A stretch of DNA of 64,000 bases from assembly GCA_000320545.1 (NCBI GenBank), contig ADNK01003065.1:18811-82810 (forward strand). Direction: 5' to 3'. This stretch comes from Bigelowiella natans CCMP2755 (Eukaryota > Protista > Cercozoa). The number at the start of each line of letters is the position of its first letter. Position 1 is the first letter of the stretch. The notes beneath the pieces were generated by a model. It was not told the DNA's origin and did not search any database. It was given only the letters and a program-made list of their open reading frames with translations. The translations under genes and the position numbers were made by a program. This document shows, piece by piece, positions 1 to 9,739 of this stretch.

Positions 1-164
1 AATATCTAAGGCCATCATCATCGACGACCTTGAGCCTGGTGTTATTTTCTTCTAATTTCGATTCTCGAATCTTGTGTTGCGAGAGAACGCTCTTAAGTTC
101 CTCGATGTCATTAGACAATTCGTCTGTTACCATATACAAAAGCGCAGCCAAAGAGAAAGCAGAA

Positions 165-201
<37 letters not shown>

Positions 202-222
202 ACTCATCTCTTGCTAACCCCC

Positions 223-261
<39 letters not shown>

Positions 262-671
262 GATATTAAGGGACCATTTTGCGTTGAGAGATTTTGTCTT
301 TGCATCTCAAACTCCTGCTGCTGCCTAAATATCATATGTATAAATGTGTAAAATAATATGTGTGTGTGCGTGTGTGTTGTGTGTACAAGCTGTTCACAGT
401 TGGACGTATCAGGCTTTCTGAAGTTGTTATCAGCATATTTAAAAAAATGAATAACAATGACCGTGTCATTATTTGTTGCATTTCGTTGACGCGTTGTTGA
501 ATAGAGATTTCTTCCTCATCATCGACTTCCCTACGCTCAAGCTCGGCCTTGTTTAGTCGTAAACATGATAGTTTCATCACCACAGTACTATTAGGAGGAT
601 TTGGGATAATAGTCTCAGTAGTGCAATTATAGCATAAGCCATGCCCATGTCCAGCATCATATCTACCGGAA

Positions 672-715
<44 letters not shown>

Positions 716-1355
716 TTACATCATAGCAGTTATAATTTTGACTATCCGACGTTTTGCTGCGAAATGATGTCTCTCGCCTCTTTCAGCTCCAACAACGCCA
801 TGCTGTAGTCCTTTTGAAGTGCCCCCTAATAGCGTAGAAACGATTATTGCGTAGAACGAGTTGTATCAATAGAGGGCAATGAGTGTGAGCATAAGCATAG
901 ATGATAAGGAGAAGGAGAAGCGGAGGAAGAAAGAGGGACTAGAAAGAAGTAAGATAACCTTCACATATTTCTTCTCATACTCGGCGATCTTGTTCTCTCT
1001 CGCAAGGAGTTGCATCTTCAACTGCTCGACCTAAAATTAGTAGCAAGCTTCATTCATAATTCCTTTAATCTTGCCTTTTATTGACCTGACGATGCAGCTC
1101 GGTAGCCTCTTCCAAGCCCATCCTGGAGGTACGGAGACCAAATTCTTTGCTCCCTCGATAATCCCCACCCCCCTCTCCGCGGTATTTCCTACCATCCCCT
1201 CCGTCCATGGTGTGGGATCGACAGGGCGGTGAGGCTCCCTAATAAATATTGTCCTTGCGGGAAGCGAAAGGAGAAGAAGGGGCTGCCTGTTCCGCCAAAT
1301 CGTTTCCCGCGCTTGTAACTTACACGAAATCCATGCCATTGTCGGTCTGCGACAT
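1..1355 (-). CDS. Coiled-coil protein, 5' part; multi-exon, continues beyond the left edge
   Basis: GT-AG exons splice in phase: MSQTDNGMDFV-MGLEEATELHRQ-VEQLKMQLLARENKIAEYEKKYVK-GALQKDYSMALLELKEARDIISQQN, then AELERREVDDEEEISIQQRVNEMQQ. Heptad-like E/K/Q/L composition; no catalytic motif recognised. Confidence 0.6.
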
Positions 1356-1603
1356 GGCTTATTCTTGATTAAGTTCTATAGTAAGTTCGTGGATGAACAT
1401 TGTTGTTGTTGTTGTTGTTGTTGTTGTAGATCTACTAGGAAACTACTACTACTACTTACTACTACTACTCATAGATCTAGTTGTTCATAATATTCTTCTT
1501 CTTCTTCTTTATTGTTACACTATTTGAATACACATAAACAACCACAAGAAGGAGAGAGGTGGGAGGAGGACTAGGAACAAGAACAAGAACAAAAAACAAC
1601 ACG

Positions 1604-2780
1604 ATGACCCTCCCACAAGCATTAGCCACCCTTTTCCTCTTTGCAATAAATCCAGCGCAAGCTGCTTCGAGTGTTTCTGCCACAAACCCTACAAGGACGT
1701 TCCCTCGCCGCGTATTCGCAACCCAGCTCAGAAGGCAACATTTGCTGCCCTCGAAAGCTGCTCAAAATAACGATGCGACGATGAACGATAGAAATCCAGT
1801 TGGTCGTAGGCCCGTGGTATTGTCTGGGATTCCTTTTGGCTTGGCAGCGGTTGCAATAATCAAATCACTCTCACTAAAGAAATCGACAAAAAAAGTACAG
1901 TACGGAGTAACATGTTTGATATCGTAGGCGGGTGCGATGGGAGCAGCACCAACAGCTCCTGTTGACGCAGCGGTCGAGGCACAAGCTGGAGTAGATGGTC
2001 CATTTTATGTCCAGTTTGAAGTGGCGCTATCTGACCAGAGGACAGAACCTGTCACAATCGAGGTAGTAGTAGTACCAGCAGAGGAAGATAAATTTAGAAC
2101 AAGTTTGGTAACTTTTCACTATTACACAACTTTGCAGATCCATCCTGATTGGGCCCCACTAGGCGCTGCACAATTTCAAAAGCTCGTTAACGATGGGTAC
2201 GTGTCGACGTGTCTGATCACAACATGCTGCCCCAGCTTGTGGTCGTAGTAATCCGAACAATTCTCTCACTCGAACAACTCAAATAAATGTGAACCAACTC
2301 CTTTTAAATCCTTACACAATAATTCCACTAACAGGTTTTACGATGATTGTCGGTTCTTTCGTGTAGTTGATGGATTTGTCGTTCAATTCGGGTAGTATAT
2401 CGCCTGACTTGTTTGTATTGTCTCTGTGATGTGGAATAGCAGCCACGCTGGTGATGATGACTCACGAGTAATCAAGTTCTGTTGCACGGCTCACTTATTC
2501 CTATATGTAGGCTTAACGGAGATCCTGAAATCAACAAAAAGTACCGCAAACCGATTCCTGATGACAAAGTAGTAAAAAAAATTAGAGGAGGGGGGGGGGG
2601 TGGGATGGGAAGAAGAGCTGTGGGATAATGGAATAACTATCAAAATCCAAAGCTAGCCAAGTTGTGCATTGTTATTCATAAGTGGTTTCTCCAAGTGTAA
2701 GACTCATTATAATAAAGTAATATTGCATCCCTCTATTGATTTGTTCTCCTCCTTCAACCACAACCATCCTCTATTCTAAC

Positions 2781-2813
<33 letters not shown>

Positions 2814-3449
2814 GGTGAGGCAGAGTAACGTGCGTGGAACGGTGACATTTGCTACTTCAGGGCCAAATAGGTGTGACAATTGGGTTTTACCGTCGATGGT
2901 AGCAAACACGAGTAACATAATGATGGATGATGATGATAGTATGATAATGCAACACCCATATTTGGTTGTCTCGGCATTTTCCCACAAATTTTGTTTCTAT
3001 TTTCGCAGTCGTACAACCCAGATGTTTATCAACTTGGGAGATAACACTTTCCTGGATACGAGGTGGCATATACTAAGTTGTATGAGTTTGTCACAGTGCT
3101 GTTTTTAATCTAAATCCGTAGAGATCATTGGCATATCATTGCTTCTAATTCTCATTATTACTGTAGAGGCTTTGCACCCATCGGCAGGGTCGTTGGAGAT
3201 GGGATGAGAGCTATTGATGCTATATATGGCGGTTATGGAGAGGGCGCTCCAGCAGGAAGCGGGCCTGATCAAATGAGGATTCAAAGACAGGTAATGAAAC
3301 TTATCTGTATGTTTCTTGTGTGACCATGTAAGAGAAAGAAGAGAGCCTAAGTATCACTCTGACTTTAGGGCAACGTTTATCTCACGAAGAATTTTCCTAA
3401 ACTTTCGTATGTGTCGAAAGCAGCGATTGTATCGGGTAAAAACGAGTAA
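1604..3449 (+). CDS. Cyclophilin-type peptidyl-prolyl isomerase (bacterial PpiA-like), probably plastid/thylakoid-lumen targeted; 9 exons
   Basis: Spliced exons give [79 protein letters not shown] and GYGEGAPAGSGPDQ...GNVYLTKNFPKLSY. Stop TAA at 3447-3449. The N-terminus is a signal peptide, an R/S/T-rich transit region and an RR + hydrophobic + AxA segment. Confidence 0.9.
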
Positions 3450-3515
3450 ATCAACCCTCATTCGCAGACATCATCAGCGAATCAATGCGTGCATGCGTAC
3501 GCGTGATAAAATTAG

Positions 3516-4250
3516 ATGAACAAAGAATTCAGATTTTCTGCATTGCATCATCACAATGGATCGCTAGATCGCCATGAATCGAAGTGCGCGCTTGGTGCAT
3601 GCACATGTTCGCCATTGCAAAACAACTTTTGTTGCTAAGAACGTCAACATTTGAAAGCATGATGATGACAGACATGCAATGTGACATGCACATGGTGTCA
3701 CATTGCTGTGATGCAACGCCGTTCTAGCTGGTGTTGGTTGCGCGTGCACGTCCACGCCATGCATTGCTAGATTGATTGTTGGTCGAGATTCTCCATCAAT
3801 CGGTTTGCATGAACCGCGCAAGCAACGTCTAGACGTGTGATGCCCGTGAGATGAGGATTCGAGAAGTGAGCACTTGTGCGCAGCCGGCTTCCAAACTCCA
3901 AACCAATTGCTCCAAACGTGCAAAAATCGTTCTGTCACGTGCAGGCTTGTGCAAGCGATCAGTGAAGCAATCAGTTGGTGCACAGCGCCGAAATCGCTTG
4001 AGGTGTTCAAGGAGGTCAGTTGATCGATGAATGCAACTTCTCGTCAACGTAGTGCGAAAGTTTCCACGCGAGAATTGCTTCAGCTCGTTCGCACGATGCA
4101 CACAGTGGACATCGCCAGCAAAAGAAGAAGAAGACGAACTACATTTCCAAAATGTTGCAAGAAGAAGAATCAATGTGAATGTTGAATGGGGAACAACAAC
4201 TACGTGCAAACCAAACCAACAAAGTGAGACAGAGTCAAGAAATCAGGAAA
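3516..4250. other. TpA-depleted island containing a tyrosine-free minus-strand ORF (3829-4209); possibly a hypermutated small gene
   Basis: By-eye count: 8 TA in about 730 bp, all with a 5' C or a 3' G (4 CTAG, 1 CTAA, 1 GTAG, 2 CTAC). ORFs 3564-4010 and 3829-4209 contain no Tyr and many His/Cys. Confidence 0.75.
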
Positions 4251-4352
4251 ATTATAGAAATCCACGGGTGGACTGATCCATTTGTTTTCTCTCAAAAATC
4301 TGAATTTCAAATGCTATAAAAAATCCTACAATTGGCCATGATTCTTGACCAA

Positions 4353-4388
<36 letters not shown>

Positions 4389-4505
4389 CGAAAGTACGAG
4401 TAGATCTTACCAAACTTAGTTGTAATTACTCATCGTCACGCCATTCCCTCCCCCCCCCCGGCTACAAAAACTGCAAATCTTTTGCTGAAGAACACGGGTA
4501 TCCAA

Positions 4506-6575
4506 ATGATGGCGTCGGAATTCACTGCCGCCTTGAAGGACATGCAGAAAGATCTGAGGGCCAAGTACGCACGTCTGGAAACCAGGGCCAAGCAACGAAG
4601 TAATCGCCCAATCCCCCGAAAGCTGACCGCAAAGGAACGAGCATTAGCCATCTTGAGGAAAAAGGGTGGATTAGGTTTTGGTGTTGGGAAAGGGCCAACG
4701 CGGAAGTCAAATAATCCTGTAGGCAAGACAAGTCCAGCTCCTGCTGTTACAACCAGGAGGAATGTCGGATTGAGGGATTCTAGAAAGGCCGCCACCAGCA
4801 GCAAGCGTCGTCGAGTTGGGGAGGGGGGGGCGGGGCAAGAAGAATGGAAACCCCCGACATCAAAAAGAAGACCTTCCGTTGGTAATAAGCCTACCAAGCC
4901 AACTCCAAGACCAAACATAAGGAACCCGGCAGGTGGAAAAGAAGGGGGAGGACTTAAACACGGCCCAAAAATGAGTAAGCCGAAGAAACAGCACCAAGAT
5001 GCTTCTTCATCTTCTCCATTAGAAACGAAAATATCAAAAGCAAAGTCAATACCGAAGAAGGCAACAAGCGCATCAGTTGCGCAAATACCAAGAAGTGGGG
5101 AAGAAGACGAAAGCTCGTCATCGGCAGCAGCAGCAGCAACAACAGCAGCATCGGCACCAGGCCCCAAACAGGAACAGGAGGCAATTCCGGAGGGTACTAA
5201 TCCTGGCAATAGCGGTGCGAACGCGGAAATGTATGGAGGCAGAGGCGGAGGGGGACGAGGAAGAGGACGGGGTAGAAGGGGTCGGGGAAGACATGGCACT
5301 GGACGGGGAGGAGGTGGGGGGGGGATAAGGAAGAAAGGTTCCAACACCGAGGACAACTATCCCGTGTTAGAGTACTCCAACAATAAGTTTAAATACCAAG
5401 TCATGCAGTTTGTTGATGCTATTCATAAGCCAGATGACCAATTTCCCGTGGGAGTTGTTCCCGATGAAAAGACTCGGCTGGCAATCCATAAAACGAATTA
5501 CCACCTGCGGCAGAACCAAACCGATCCTTTCTCTGTAAAGGAATACACCGCACAGATGCGTCTTCTCGGTCCCAATTTTCCAAGGAGGAAGTATCGTAGA
5601 AGAAAGAACGAGTTCAAATCCGTCAATCACTGGGCGCAACGGAAAACTGTGGTGCAGGAGATCGAATTCCTCACTAAGTATGCCAAACAGGGAGACTACA
5701 TCGTCTATATAGGTGCGGCGCCGGCGATGCATTTCAACTACCTTGTGGAGTTATTCCCAACTCTCACATGGGAACTCTACGACTTACCAGAGAATAAGTA
5801 CCACATAGAACCTAGTGAGTCGGTTAGAATACACACCTCCATGCTGACAGAAGACGACCTTAAGGCATGGGCAGAGTCGCGCGAAAATGTTCTCCTAATA
5901 TCTGGACTTAAGCCTAAGAATGAGCGCAACAGGGATGCCATATACGCCTATCTCGACATGCAGGAAACGGTTTATAAGGCTATTCAACCTAGGAAAGCTC
6001 TTCTTCGGTTTGAGCTGCCATGGGGTAAAGGCCGAAAACGCTATCTCGACGGTAGACTGTACCTCCCTGTCTGGGGCACGCAAACGTCTCTGAAGACCTA
6101 CTTGGTACCGTATGGCGTCGATAAACAAAAGAACTGGGATCTTAACGAATACGAAGAGTGGATGTTCTACTTTAACACAGTTCACCGCGTGCAGTACTAT
6201 CGTCACAATCTCTATGGGTTGCGGGGGGTCGACCACTGCTATGATTGTGCTAGTGAGGAATTTATCCTGCGGATGTACCTGATGAAATATCATAACATCT
6301 TTGTAAAGCAGTGGGAGCGCAATGAGAGGCATAGTGAGGGTACTCTATACCTCCTATCTGAAGGTCAATTTCCAAGCCGAAGCCAGATTAAGGAGCAAAC
6401 ATTACGGTTCATGAAACAGTTGTGTAAGGTATGCTCAACTTCATCGCACCGTGAGATGCATTACAATCCCCCACCAGCCCAGGTTCGGGCTCGATGGTTT
6501 TATGGGGATGATGCAGAGGCACAGCAGAAGAGGGCAGAATTTGAGTATGCTCAAAAGAACGCCGACCTCATGTAG
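4506..6575 (+). CDS. Intronless VP39/poly(A) polymerase small-subunit family (cap 2'-O-methyltransferase fold) protein with a basic, disordered, RGG-containing N-terminus; catalytic residues degenerate
   Basis: Single ORF, first ATG at 4506. Family motifs: NHWAQRK..QEIEFLT, IVYIGAAP, LFP...WELYD, YLDGRLYLPVWG, YEEWMFYFN..HR, DHCYDCASEEFIL. RG/RGG tract at about 5235-5330. Confidence 0.85.
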   Translation: MMASEFTAALKDMQKDLRAKYARLETRAKQRSNRPIPRKLTAKERALAILRKKGGLGFGVGKGPTRKSNNPVGKTSPAPAVTTRRNVGLRDSRKAATSSKRRRVGEGGAGQEEWKPPTSKRRPSVGNKPTKPTPRPNIRNPAGGKEGGGLKHGPKMSKPKKQHQDASSSSPLETKISKAKSIPKKATSASVAQIPRSGEEDESSSSAAAAATTAASAPGPKQEQEAIPEGTNPGNSGANAEMYGGRGGGGRGRGRGRRGRGRHGTGRGGGGGGIRKKGSNTEDNYPVLEYSNNKFKYQVMQFVDAIHKPDDQFPVGVVPDEKTRLAIHKTNYHLRQNQTDPFSVKEYTAQMRLLGPNFPRRKYRRRKNEFKSVNHWAQRKTVVQEIEFLTKYAKQGDYIVYIGAAPAMHFNYLVELFPTLTWELYDLPENKYHIEPSESVRIHTSMLTEDDLKAWAESRENVLLISGLKPKNERNRDAIYAYLDMQETVYKAIQPRKALLRFELPWGKGRKRYLDGRLYLPVWGTQTSLKTYLVPYGVDKQKNWDLNEYEEWMFYFNTVHRVQYYRHNLYGLRGVDHCYDCASEEFILRMYLMKYHNIFVKQWERNERHSEGTLYLLSEGQFPSRSQIKEQTLRFMKQLCKVCSTSSHREMHYNPPPAQVRARWFYGDDAEAQQKRAEFEYAQKNADLM

Positions 6576-7297
6576 CACGGCATGGTAGATCCAGCCAGGC
6601 ATGATACTGTGTGTGACAATGACTAGATGATGCACGACGATCTTGATGATGATTTTTATACAAATATCATTACATATATTGTATGATTATTCGATCTAGC
6701 GATTTAGCGTGGCATGGCTAGATGGTATGCGTGGTGTGCATATATTTCAGTCAGCGGTCCATCGCAATCGTTGTATGTCTGGACATTCGCAGCTGTTTAC
6801 GGTGCTAGCTAGCTAGCAGAGTGGTGGCGGCTGTGACGTGGAAGCACACGCCCGTCTTGCAACTGTTATCACCGATAGACGCTCTCTCGCTGATATTGAT
6901 GTATTGATATTTGCATGCTTGTGCTTGCACAATAAGACTAGTCACGCTGTTTAGATGCTAGCATGCTAGCATGAGGAACAGATGCGATATCTAGATTTGA
7001 TGATTAGCACCATTATATTAAATGCAGACCCATCTACCATGCAAAGCGTTCTCTAACTGGCAACCTAGCAACGCGCATGTCAACCAATCTAGAAATGTAA
7101 GAGTTAGGGTTTGGTGCAGCTAGAATGGCGTGCAGTAGCACAGTCGTTCGCCTTTTTGCATAGCATCCTCGCTCATTAGTCAATGTGGCTAATTGTATCG
7201 CATGCAAGAGCTGAATATTGTGAACCTTATTTCTTTTCGTGTTTTGTATTGACATTAAAGCATGGTGAAAATATGTGATCATTGGACTTATTCGGGC

Positions 7298-8814
7298 TTA
7301 TTTTTTAGATTGACGTGCCATACTTTCCCGACATTGAGAGACTGAGGCGTCCAAACGCAATGAGCACTGCTTTAATAGGGAAGGATGTTCGTGTTGGCCA
7401 TCTTTATTCATACCAAAGAACTTTCTAGTAGAGGGAGCGATTAATTTTAATGCATTAAGGATTCTCTTATCTCGGTGCTCCAATCCTCGACATGGCTCAT
7501 GCTGATATGGCTTTGGTGATCCTGTGATGTGATCAGCTGAAGCATGAATGCTTTCACTGCTAACAAATTCAACCCCTTCTAGATTAGGTGCCTCCTGAAA
7601 AAAAAATTCAAAGTAATCCATCATTTTTTGTGGTGTGGATATTTGAATGTGGTTTCGTTACCATGTCTTTGATGTAGTCAGTAAATCCTCCAACTGCCAT
7701 GGATTTGAGTTTGAGACCGAAAATGTCCCATAACAATCCTTGATCTTTGTCTGCTCCTACAAAATTCCAAGCTCCTTTCTTTCCAATTTGACCCGGATTT
7801 GCTCGAATAGCCTCTGGCCATACTTGCGGTGTTTGGCCGCGCTTATCCCAGCCTCCTTCCTCTGAGAAGCCTCCACCGAGATCTTCAAGCCATGCTTCCG
7901 TCGCTTTCTGTGATGGCTTCATGAACCAAACTCCAGCATTCACTGGAGATCTCCCGCCAAGAGATGTGAGAAACTGCTTATCTTGGTCGATAAAGTTCTT
8001 TGCAGTGTCTGCAAGAGACTCGGCATTAAGCACGTATGCGTCTTGGTCCAAAAAGACAACAGCATCGTAATTTGTAAGTGCCGCAGCGGCAGGCTTCATC
8101 TGTTGGATAGTTCGAAGGCGGAGCATACGAAGTGCTTCTCCATTGTGCTTTGTGGTTGTTGTGTTGAAGTCGACGGCCTGTTCACATAAACTAGCACTAG
8201 CTTTATGATTCTCACGATCTTCTTCCATTCCCATGCACGCGAACAATTTAAGATCCTTTGAAAGTGGCAGGCGGCGAAGGCTCAGAGCATCAATCGAGTC
8301 CAAAATGCTACCAGGGATTGATTCGTCATGCATAACCACAATGTCATAAGATAGACCAGTCTTCCTTTGATGTGCATTCGCAGTATCAATGATATCTTTG
8401 TGGGCGGCAATATGGGACATCACTCCACAAAGGTATGTGCAAGCACTACCCTGAGTGACCTATCATAAAATTCGATCGTTGGTTAATTGATGAGAAACTC
8501 AATGTAATGCTGATATTTCTACCCGTGTACATTCCTGGGGGAGTGTCAGCCCAGCCATAACTACAATAGCTACGCAAGATGTTCCTTCCCCACAATTTGA
8601 GCTGTCAAGTGATGTAATCCATGGCAAATGAGGCTGTAACGCGAGATCATCGACAATAAACTAAGTACCTTCCCGTCGGTGATTGCAAGTGAACGTTGTC
8701 CCGGTGAAGCTGAAGACCTGGGTCCATATCTTTGTTGCGACGGGAGAAATCGGTTCTCCAAAGAGCTGATGATGGAGGCGCAAGAAGTAGCAACAAGTAG
8801 ATGAAGAAGGCCAT
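7298..8814 (-). CDS. GT-A fold glycosyltransferase, GT8-like, secretory pathway; about 4 exons
   Basis: N-terminal hydrophobic signal MAFFIYLLLLLAP. DxD motif in YDAVVFLDQDAYVL, plus VNAGVWFMKPS, DQGLL and C-terminal HITGSPKPY (HxxGxxKP) after splicing IKDM|EAPN. Confidence 0.75.
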
Positions 8815-9017
8815 GTTGTAAATGTGACCAAAGGATCTTTCTGAGGGGACGATCTTGAATTTCAAGAATCCTAGAGCACAGTCATTAGTGGAACACCAAT
8901 GCAGTAGTGCAGCAAGCTCATGCGAAGCAAGTAAATGGGTTTTGAGGAAAGGCTGTAAACTGATTAATGGACTGTAGGTATAATATATTTCGAGGTTAGA
9001 GACACAAGTGTCACATA

Positions 9018-9088
9018 GTCCTTGTAGTTCAACGGTAGAATCTCACGTTGTGGCCGTGAAGATCGGGGCTCGATTCCCCGCAAGGACA
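9018..9088 (+). tRNA. tRNA-His (anticodon GUG), intronless, 71 nt
   Basis: Cloverleaf: acceptor GTCCTTG/CAAGGAC, D-stem GTTC/GAAT, anticodon arm TCACG-TTGTGGC-CGTGA, T-arm CGGGG-CTCGATT-CCCCG, discriminator A. No genomic G-1 or CCA. Confidence 0.92.
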
Positions 9089-9090
9089 TA

Positions 9091-9095
9091 TTTTT
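9091..9095 (+). terminator. RNA polymerase III oligo-T terminator of tRNA-His
   Basis: TTTTT begins 3 nt after the discriminator base. Confidence 0.7.
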
Positions 9096-9739
9096 ATTCT
9101 GTCAGCAGTTAGAAAGCGACTTATTTTTTTTTTAATGCGCCTTTTTTTTGCATTTTCGTTGTCACGGAATTGTCTCTGAGGTATCTCTCCAAGGTCTCTG
9201 ACATTCTCCTGTAGTCTCCAAAGATCTCTCAATGATCTCCAATAATCTCCGTGTGACTTGGAACAGAACAGAGCTCTTTGTTCTGTTCAGGCAGTTCGAA
9301 GCAACGAGGAGAGAAGATCCGTGGGTTGGGTACGAAGAGAAACAAAAGCTACCTGAAAGTGAACGGGCGGATATAAGCATGATTGCCAATTCCTTTAGCG
9401 CAAAGGGTTCGAATTGACGGACAGGGGAGGGAGCAATCTCCTAACCACGTCACCGGTTCGGAAATGCGGGAAAATAAAGCACATTATCGTTACGGGTCTA
9501 TCCCGCAGACTAACTCGGGTAACCATGCTCATTCCTTATAATATAAGAACTATTGAGTGAGTGATCTCACTATCTAATTACAGAAGAGCTCGGCAAATCA
9601 TCATTACATTCGACCAAATCAGAACCTTATTCGCATAACACCTGCAACAACACGGTCAGTACTGATTATGTGACATGGGCATTTTCTTCCATAATACTTT
9701 CTCTTCTATCAATTTGTCTTCTTAATACTTTTTGGTTGC

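Noticed and set aside
4436-5356. 306-aa antisense ORF
   Set aside because: Shadow of the GC-rich, low-complexity N-terminus of the VP39-like gene; no independent motifs.
9400-9470. Second tRNA suggested by GGTTCGAA / GGTTCGGA motifs
   Set aside because: No acceptor, D or anticodon stems could be folded around them.
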